A DNA stretch of 64,000 nt, from NCBI GenBank assembly GCA_038997165.1, contig JAWBAK010000001.1, positions 128,001 to 192,000 of the forward strand, given 5' to 3'. The position numbers were made by a program, and so were the translations under genes. Positions 58,165 through 64,000 of the stretch are shown one piece after another. The notes under the pieces are model-generated. The model was not told the DNA's origin. It was given only the letters and a program-made list of their open reading frames with translations, and did not search any database. This stretch comes from Candidatus Aenigmatarchaeota archaeon (GTDB lineage: Archaea > Aenigmatarchaeota > Aenigmatarchaeia > CG10238-14 > SpSt-28). How positions within the stretch are numbered: the first letter of the stretch is position 1; each line of letters starts with the position of its first letter.

Positions 58165-59301
58165 ATGCTTTGGGTTTTTAAATATAGGCCAAAAAGTTTG
58201 AATGAATTTGTAAATCAAAAAGAAGCAATACAAAAATTTATACAATGGTATAAAAATTGGAAAAATATTAAAAAAGCTGCTTTATTATTTGGTCCGCCTG
58301 GAACTGGAAAGAGTTGTTTTGTTGAAGCCTTTGCTAGAGATAATAATTTAGAACTAATACAATTAAATGCTAGCGACAAAAGAGATTATAACTCTATTAG
58401 AAATATTATTGGAAATGCGGCAAAAACTTTAAGTATTTTTAAAAAAGGAAAAATATTTTTTATAGATGAAGTTGATGGAATTTCTGCTAGAGAAGATGTT
58501 GGCGCAGTAAAAGAAATTGTTAGAATTATTCAAGAGTCAAAATTTCCAATAGTTTTAGCAGCTAACGATCCTTTTGATCCAAAATTAAAAGAATTAAGAG
58601 AAAATTGTGAATTAATAGAATTTAAAAGATTAAGTATTTTTGATATTGAAAAAAAACTTATTGAAATATTAGAAAAAGAGGGAATAAAGTATGATAAAAT
58701 TATTGTAAGAGAAATTGCAAGTAGAAATAATGGAGATTTAAGAGGAGCTATAAATGATTTAGAAATTGTTGCTAGAAATAAAAAAGAAATAAAAAGAGAA
58801 GATCTAGAAATATTAGGATTTAGAGATCGAGAACAACAAATATTCGAAGCATTAAAAATTCTTTTTAAAACGAAAAGCGCTATGGCTGCAAAGATGAGCA
58901 TTGTTAATTTAGATATGGAACCAGATGAAATTTTTTATTGGATCGAAGAAAACATTGCAAACGAATATGAAAAAATAGAAGAAATTGCAAACGCATATGA
59001 TTGCCTAAGTAAAGCTGATTTATTTAGAAAAAGAATATTATCTAGACAAAATTGGAGATATTTAGTTTATATGAATGATTTAATGACAATTGGAGTTGCA
59101 TTATCTAAAAAAGAAATGTATAGAAAATTTACAAAATATAGACCACCAAGTATTTTGAAACTACTAGCACAAACAAAACAAATAAGAGAACAGGAAAAAA
59201 TAAAATTGAAAGAATTTGCTGAAAAGTTACACTGCTCAACAAAAAAGATTAAAACAGAATTTATGCCATATTTATCAAAATTTTTTGAAGGAAAAAAATA
59301 A
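58165..59301 (+). CDS. rfcL: Replication factor C large subunit
   Basis: WVFKYRP, GPPGTGKS, LNASDKR, DEVDG, GDLRGAINDL, WIEEN. Confidence 0.95.
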   Translation: MLWVFKYRPKSLNEFVNQKEAIQKFIQWYKNWKNIKKAALLFGPPGTGKSCFVEAFARDNNLELIQLNASDKRDYNSIRNIIGNAAKTLSIFKKGKIFFIDEVDGISAREDVGAVKEIVRIIQESKFPIVLAANDPFDPKLKELRENCELIEFKRLSIFDIEKKLIEILEKEGIKYDKIIVREIASRNNGDLRGAINDLEIVARNKKEIKREDLEILGFRDREQQIFEALKILFKTKSAMAAKMSIVNLDMEPDEIFYWIEENIANEYEKIEEIANAYDCLSKADLFRKRILSRQNWRYLVYMNDLMTIGVALSKKEMYRKFTKYRPPSILKLLAQTKQIREQEKIKLKEFAEKLHCSTKKIKTEFMPYLSKFFEGKK

Positions 59302-59305
59302 TTTT

Positions 59306-62300
59306 ATGAAAAGAAAAGAAAAATTTTTAACTTTTTTATTTTTTACAATTTTTATATATAGTTTATCATTATCTTTTTCTCAAACTTGGCTTTCTAATTG
59401 GCAATACAGAATTCCAATAACAATAACAGAAAGAAGTGGAAATACTTTAACTGATTATCAAGTTTTAGTATCAATAAATACTCAAAATTTAATTTCTCAA
59501 AATAAAATGAGAAATGATTGTGGAGATATAAGATTTACTGATAGTGATGGAATTACTTTATTAAATTATTGGATTGAAGATGGATGTAATACAAATAATA
59601 CAAGAATTTGGGTTAAAGTACCAAATATTCCTGCTAATTCAAATAAAATAATTTATTTGTATTATGGAAATCCTAATGCTCAAAGCTTAAGTAATATTTC
59701 CTTAGTATTTATTTTTAGAGAAAGGGAAATATTTCCAAGTATTTCTAATACAACATGGGGATCTGGAACATCTAATCCAGAAGATACTTTTAATACTTAC
59801 TATCATGATGCAAGAAATGAAATATTAATTAGATCTTCTGATTTTGGAGATTTGGCTCCAATAAATATAACAATGTTAAGAATTTACGTAGTTCAACGAC
59901 CAGGAAGAGATTTAGATAATTATAGAGTAAGATATCAATTAACTAATAGAACTCAACTTACAAATACTTTTACAACTTCAGGATGGATCTTAGTTTTTGG
60001 ACCAGTTAATTTAGGAAGACCATCAGCAGGAACTGTTGTTAGTTTAAATTTAAATCCACAAATAATTTGGACGAATCATTCTTTAAATTTATTGTTAGAT
60101 TTATCCAGAGATACATCTTCATATGTTTCTGGAGGAGGAATGTATAGAAAACTTGTAAATATTCCTAATACAATGTGCACTTTTTGGGGTGATTCTAATA
60201 GGCAATGGCCTTTTGATGGTAGCTGTACTTTAAGAAATTATGTACCAAGCATAATATTTGTTGGATGGTTTAAAAAATACACTTCTCTAGAACCAACAAT
60301 TTCTTTAGGAAATGAAGAATATCAAAGAAATCTAAATCCAATATGGATAATATACACATCTAATACTTCTTATGCTATAATTAATCGGCCTATACTATTT
60401 TCAAGTCTATGGAATGCATCCCAAATTCAATCTAATTTATTTTTGTCACACTATATTTTCTCATATAAATTAGGAAATTCGCAATGGATCAACGAAACCT
60501 ATAAATTTGGCATTGCTTCTCAAACTTGGCTTTCTAATTGGCAATACAGAATTCCAATAACAATAACAGAAAGAAGTGGAAATACTTTAACTGATTATCA
60601 AGTTTTAGTATCAATAAATACTCAAAATTTAATTTCTCAAAATAAAATGAGAAATGATTGTGGAGATATAAGATTTACTGATAGTGATGGAATTACTTTA
60701 TTAAATTATTGGATTGAAGATGGATGTAATACAAATAATACAAGAATTTGGGTTAAAGTACCAAATATTCCTGCTAATTCAAATAAAATAATTTATTTGT
60801 ATTATGGAAATCCAAGTGCTACTTCTATGAGTAATGGAGATAATACTTTTATATTTTTTGATGATTTTAGAATAGCAACATCAATTAATACAAATAAATG
60901 GATTGTTTCAAGATATTCGGGCGATACTAATAATGAATGTGTTATCTCTAATAATGTTTTATGGCTAACAAAAAAAAGTTTGTGGAAAGGTTGTAATATA
61001 TTAGCAAGAAATTTAAATATAAAGTATAATTCTCAATATACAATTCATGTAAAATTTAAAATTGATTATGTATGTGCAGCTTCAAATGATGGAGATGGGC
61101 TTGCTATAGTTATAGATGGAAAAAGTAATTCAGCATCTTATGGATGTAATAAAGGATTCTCTACAACTTCTCAAGGAATTGTTATAGAAATTTTTGATGA
61201 TAGACCAAATGGAGATAATCTTAATGGTATTGGAATAGATGATGAAACAGCAAATTGTAATTTAGAAGGAAGAGTTACTTCTTCTATTCCACAAAAATCA
61301 AGTGATTTAAATGATGGATTATTTGAAATAAAATTAACAGGAACTCAAATTAATGTTACATATTATGATTTAAATCTAGCAAATGGATATTTAATAAGAT
61401 CTTTAATAACTAATACTTGGAATCCAAATGGAAATGGATATTTTATGATTGGTGCGGGTGCTGGATGCTCAGATTGTAATGGAGATGGAAGTTGTAATGA
61501 TCCTGATAGTGAACACGGTATTGAATATATTTTTATAAGAAAATATTCTTCGATAGAACCAATAATTTCTTTAGGAAATGAAGAAACAAATTTACCTTTT
61601 ACGGCATGGGCAAATGTTACAAAAAGTTTTTCTCAAGTTGGAAATTTATGTTGGAGATTCTATGCAAATAATACTATTGGTCTATGGAACTCAACACCAA
61701 TAAACTGCAGCATTAACATAATTTCTCCCGAATTTTCACTAGAAGTTAAATTAATTCGACCAAATGAGAATTCTATAAGTAATCTAATTGTTGGAGAATC
61801 TTTAAATATAAGAGCTCATGTAAAAATGAGATCTCAATACAATTTTTGTATAGATGTAAATGCATATTTAAGATATAATGTTTCATCAAACATGCCAGAT
61901 TCTTTAGTTCCAACATCTTCTAATTCAATAATATCAAATGCTAATCCTATATCTTTTAATTTATGTACAAATCGAGAAATTCCAATAGATTTTACAATAT
62001 ATGCGACCAAACCGAGTTTTAAAGTTTTAGATATAAACTTTTGTGTTTTAAATATCTGTAACGATACTTCAAACTTTTATATTAATATTTCTTTAGTTGC
62101 AACAAGAGATTTTAATTTAAAGAAAGGTTGGAACCTAATTTCAATACCGTATAAATTTATATACTTTGATTTAAATAATGATAACTGTAATATAAAAGAA
62201 AAAATATTTCATCATTATAATGCATCTTCAAATTCTTGGAAATACTTTACCTATGATAAATTAGTTCCAGGTATTTCATATTGGGTTTATAGTGAAAAGG

Positions 62301-62536
62301 ATTGTACCTCTAAAATTGCAGTGAGTGGAACAGTTAACTTAAGCGATTTGCCAAAAGCTATAAGAGGAAGAAAAAATTTTATTGGTTCCTTAACTTCTTT
62401 AACAAACTTAAATCAAGCTGCACAATATATTGGATGTAATAATCCTATACTTAGATATTGGGATACTTCTACTAACTCTTTTAGAGAATCTACAATTTTA
62501 GAACCTTGGAAAGGTTATATACTCGAATGTAGTTAA
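59306..62536 (+). CDS. Large secreted/surface protein with two DUF2341-like modules carrying different inserts
   Basis: Signal peptide from ATG 59306; two copies of WLSNWQYRIPITI...IYLYYGNP; second insert has a GDGLAIV lectin-like motif; C-terminal LKKGWNLISIP. Confidence 0.85.
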   Translation: MKRKEKFLTFLFFTIFIYSLSLSFSQTWLSNWQYRIPITITERSGNTLTDYQVLVSINTQNLISQNKMRNDCGDIRFTDSDGITLLNYWIEDGCNTNNTRIWVKVPNIPANSNKIIYLYYGNPNAQSLSNISLVFIFREREIFPSISNTTWGSGTSNPEDTFNTYYHDARNEILIRSSDFGDLAPINITMLRIYVVQRPGRDLDNYRVRYQLTNRTQLTNTFTTSGWILVFGPVNLGRPSAGTVVSLNLNPQIIWTNHSLNLLLDLSRDTSSYVSGGGMYRKLVNIPNTMCTFWGDSNRQWPFDGSCTLRNYVPSIIFVGWFKKYTSLEPTISLGNEEYQRNLNPIWIIYTSNTSYAIINRPILFSSLWNASQIQSNLFLSHYIFSYKLGNSQWINETYKFGIASQTWLSNWQYRIPITITERSGNTLTDYQVLVSINTQNLISQNKMRNDCGDIRFTDSDGITLLNYWIEDGCNTNNTRIWVKVPNIPANSNKIIYLYYGNPSATSMSNGDNTFIFFDDFRIATSINTNKWIVSRYSGDTNNECVISNNVLWLTKKSLWKGCNILARNLNIKYNSQYTIHVKFKIDYVCAASNDGDGLAIVIDGKSNSASYGCNKGFSTTSQGIVIEIFDDRPNGDNLNGIGIDDETANCNLEGRVTSSIPQKSSDLNDGLFEIKLTGTQINVTYYDLNLANGYLIRSLITNTWNPNGNGYFMIGAGAGCSDCNGDGSCNDPDSEHGIEYIFIRKYSSIEPIISLGNEETNLPFTAWANVTKSFSQVGNLCWRFYANNTIGLWNSTPINCSINIISPEFSLEVKLIRPNENSISNLIVGESLNIRAHVKMRSQYNFCIDVNAYLRYNVSSNMPDSLVPTSSNSIISNANPISFNLCTNREIPIDFTIYATKPSFKVLDINFCVLNICNDTSNFYINISLVATRDFNLKKGWNLISIPYKFIYFDLNNDNCNIKEKIFHHYNASSNSWKYFTYDKLVPGISYWVYSEKDCTSKIAVSGTVNLSDLPKAIRGRKNFIGSLTSLTNLNQAAQYIGCNNPILRYWDTSTNSFRESTILEPWKGYILECS
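59377..60813 (+). repeat. Perfect 297-bp direct repeat (59377-59673 = 60517-60813)
   Basis: Base-by-base identical, offset 1140. Confidence 0.95.
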
Positions 62537-62538
62537 AA

Positions 62539-62961
62539 TTAGCTAGGTTTCCAGCTAAATACAATTATTTCTTTGTAAAAAACCTTACCATCACTAAATA
62601 TTAATTCAACTTCGCTTGTAGTTGGTAACTCTGTTTGTTGAAAAGGATATTGACAAGGAGAAACTCTAACATTTAAAGAAACATAGTATCCAAAGTCCTC
62701 TAATTTTTCTAACATTTTTGCAAATTCTTCAATATTATATTTGAATTCATCGCAGTCTTTAGATAAATTAACGATTTCTAAAAATTTTTCTTTTATATTT
62801 TTAATTAATAATGCATATTCCGGTAAATAATACGATGGGTTAATAAAAAAAATTCTACTAATATTAAAATACAAAGTTATTAAAATACCTACAATTAATA
62901 TAGCTGCTAATGTCATAAATTGAGCTTTACAATATTTGTAAAATGGCATGTTTCTGATCAT
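62539..62961 (-). CDS. Hypothetical protein with a class III signal peptide-like N-terminus
   Basis: KAQFMTLAAILIVGILITLY. Confidence 0.6.
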   Translation of the reverse strand: MIRNMPFYKYCKAQFMTLAAILIVGILITLYFNISRIFFINPSYYLPEYALLIKNIKEKFLEIVNLSKDCDEFKYNIEEFAKMLEKLEDFGYYVSLNVRVSPCQYPFQQTELPTTSEVELIFSDGKVFYKEIIVFSWKPS

Positions 62962-63226
62962 CTATAATTAAAATATTTTTTTCATTAATTAATCCAATTT
63001 TAATAAGCAAATCTACTGAATTTTTTCCAAAGGCATTTATTACATCAAATTTTTCCTTTTTAATTAAATTTATTAATTCGTTTTCATTAACTAATTTTTC
63101 AAAATAAAAATTTTTCGAAACTTTTATTTTTAAATTATTAAAAAAATATTCTTTTTCTAAAACTTCCTCATCACAAATAGCTAAAATTTTAAAACCAAAT
63201 TTTTCATGTATTTTTATACAAAACAT
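62927..63226 (-). CDS. DUF424 family protein
   Basis: ILAICDEEVL, VSKNFY, INAFGKNSV, HA. Confidence 0.85.
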   Translation of the reverse strand: MFCIKIHEKFGFKILAICDEEVLEKEYFFNNLKIKVSKNFYFEKLVNENELINLIKKEKFDVINAFGKNSVDLLIKIGLINEKNILIIDDQKHAILQIL

Positions 63227-63631
63227 CTAATATCTTAGAATCTTTTTATTACCGCATGCCTCACACTTTAAATATCTTATTTTATTTTCCTCTATAATAA
63301 TTGTTTCTGGCTTATTGCATACATCACAAATAACAAAATTCTTTATATACTCTTCTAATTTTTTTCTTAAAATTTCTTTATTGACTAATCCATTTAAAAC
63401 TAATATATCTTTTTCAAATCTTGCAGGAATTCCAACTATTCTAGAGAAATCTCCCTTAAAATCTTCTTCTTTTCTTTTTATTTTAAAAAGTATTTCCTTA
63501 ATATTTAAAATGTAGGTTTTGTTTTTTTCATATTTAACTTCAATTTCTGGAATTGCATATCTATCGCTAGAAATAAAAACATCAGGAAGTTTCTTTAAAG
63601 CTTCTTCTAACATTTCTTCATAACTTTTCAT
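63227..63631 (-). CDS. eif2b: Translation initiation factor aIF-2 beta subunit
   Basis: YEEMLEEA, FVICDVCNKPET, LKCEACG. Confidence 0.9.
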   Translation of the reverse strand: MKSYEEMLEEALKKLPDVFISSDRYAIPEIEVKYEKNKTYILNIKEILFKIKRKEEDFKGDFSRIVGIPARFEKDILVLNGLVNKEILRKKLEEYIKNFVICDVCNKPETIIIEENKIRYLKCEACGNKKILRY

Positions 63632-64000
63632 TTTATAGCTTTATACTTTCCTGGAGCAATTTCATATATTTTTCCTTGATTCATTAAATTATCTATAGCT
63701 TTAATAACTTTTTCTCTATCTAAATTAATAAATGAAAAAATTTCTGAAATAGAAATTCCATCTTGAAATTTTTCTATTATTTCATAAATTTTTTCATCAA
63801 CTTTTTCAATCATTTTTAGTTTAAGTATTTCATTTATTTGAATTTCGTCTAATTCAAACCTTCTTTTTGCTTCTTGAATTAATTCATTATAACTTAAAAT
63901 TTCCGATAATTTTAGAATTTCATTAACTTTTAATGAATTTTGTTTTATTCTTTTTATTATCTTAAGTTTAAAAAAACTTTCAAAAGAAAAATCAACTTTT
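63628..64000 (-). CDS. C-terminal part of a probable RPA32-like (OB plus winged-helix) protein, partial
   Basis: The 61-aa track ORF is open in frame to the window end; winged-helix end DGISISEI...LMNQGKIYEIAPGKYK. Confidence 0.6.
   Translation of the reverse strand, partial: KVDFSFESFFKLKIIKRIKQNSLKVNEILKLSEILSYNELIQEAKRRFELDEIQINEILKLKMIEKVDEKIYEIIEKFQDGISISEIFSFINLDREKVIKAIDNLMNQGKIYEIAPGKYKAIK

Noticed and set aside
59216..59305. Track start of the 1106-aa ORF (likewise starts at 5554, 20137, 34628, 39898, 42878)
   Set aside because: These upstream extensions overlap neighbouring genes or spacers; downstream ATGs match the family N-termini or the signal peptide.
59377..60813. Diversity-generating retroelement TR/VR pair
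   Set aside because: The copies are fully identical with no adenine-specific mismatches, and no reverse transcriptase is present in the window.
1062..63515. Other short antisense or off-frame track ORFs (e.g. 1062, 6250, 6454, 7986, 13248, 14875, 17865, 18297, 25049, 26991, 34447, 49419, 55986, 58530)
   Set aside because: They are nested in well-supported genes and have the F/S/I/L-rich composition expected from the reverse complement of K/E-rich codons.
1..64000. CRISPR array, IS/transposase, integrase or provirus
   Set aside because: No regularly spaced short repeats, no transposase, recombinase or capsid motifs, and no duplicated tRNA 3' end (att site) seen.

Overview
A very AT-rich, gene-dense archaeal chromosome segment. 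The archaeal information-processing genes (fibrillarin/Nop5, Rpo3, TFB, TFS, PCNA, RFC, PolB, HerA/NurA, Cdc48, eS8/eS26/eL19, aIF2-beta) sit in fragmented operons with short or overlapping gene ends and GC-rich intron-containing tRNAs. This suggests a streamlined DPANN-type, probably thermophilic, archaeon (inference). I found about 70 CDS, two tRNAs (Leu-CAA, Ala-CGC), a type IV pilus locus and a surface-glycan cluster, and no CRISPR, IS element, integrase or reverse transcriptase. Best leads: (1) an unannotated 38-aa microprotein overlapping the pth2 stop codon that mimics the Cdc48 C-terminal tail (EFYK...YIG) and shares a palindromic stop with cdc48; (2) three DUF2341-like cassettes with constant arms around different lectin-like inserts, one embedded in a pilin gene broken at an (AT)6 repeat and an A_AAA_AAG site; (3) a circularly permuted GT4 glycosyltransferase; (4) a duplicated DUF131/GT2 block with near-identical arms and a variable core flanking flpA-nop5; (5) nucleotide-identical tracts between the cdc48 D1 and D2 domains; (6) a GC hairpin with a G7 tract linking two reading frames; (7) a perfect 18-bp palindrome at the nrdJ start. 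All family assignments are from recognised motifs, not database searches.
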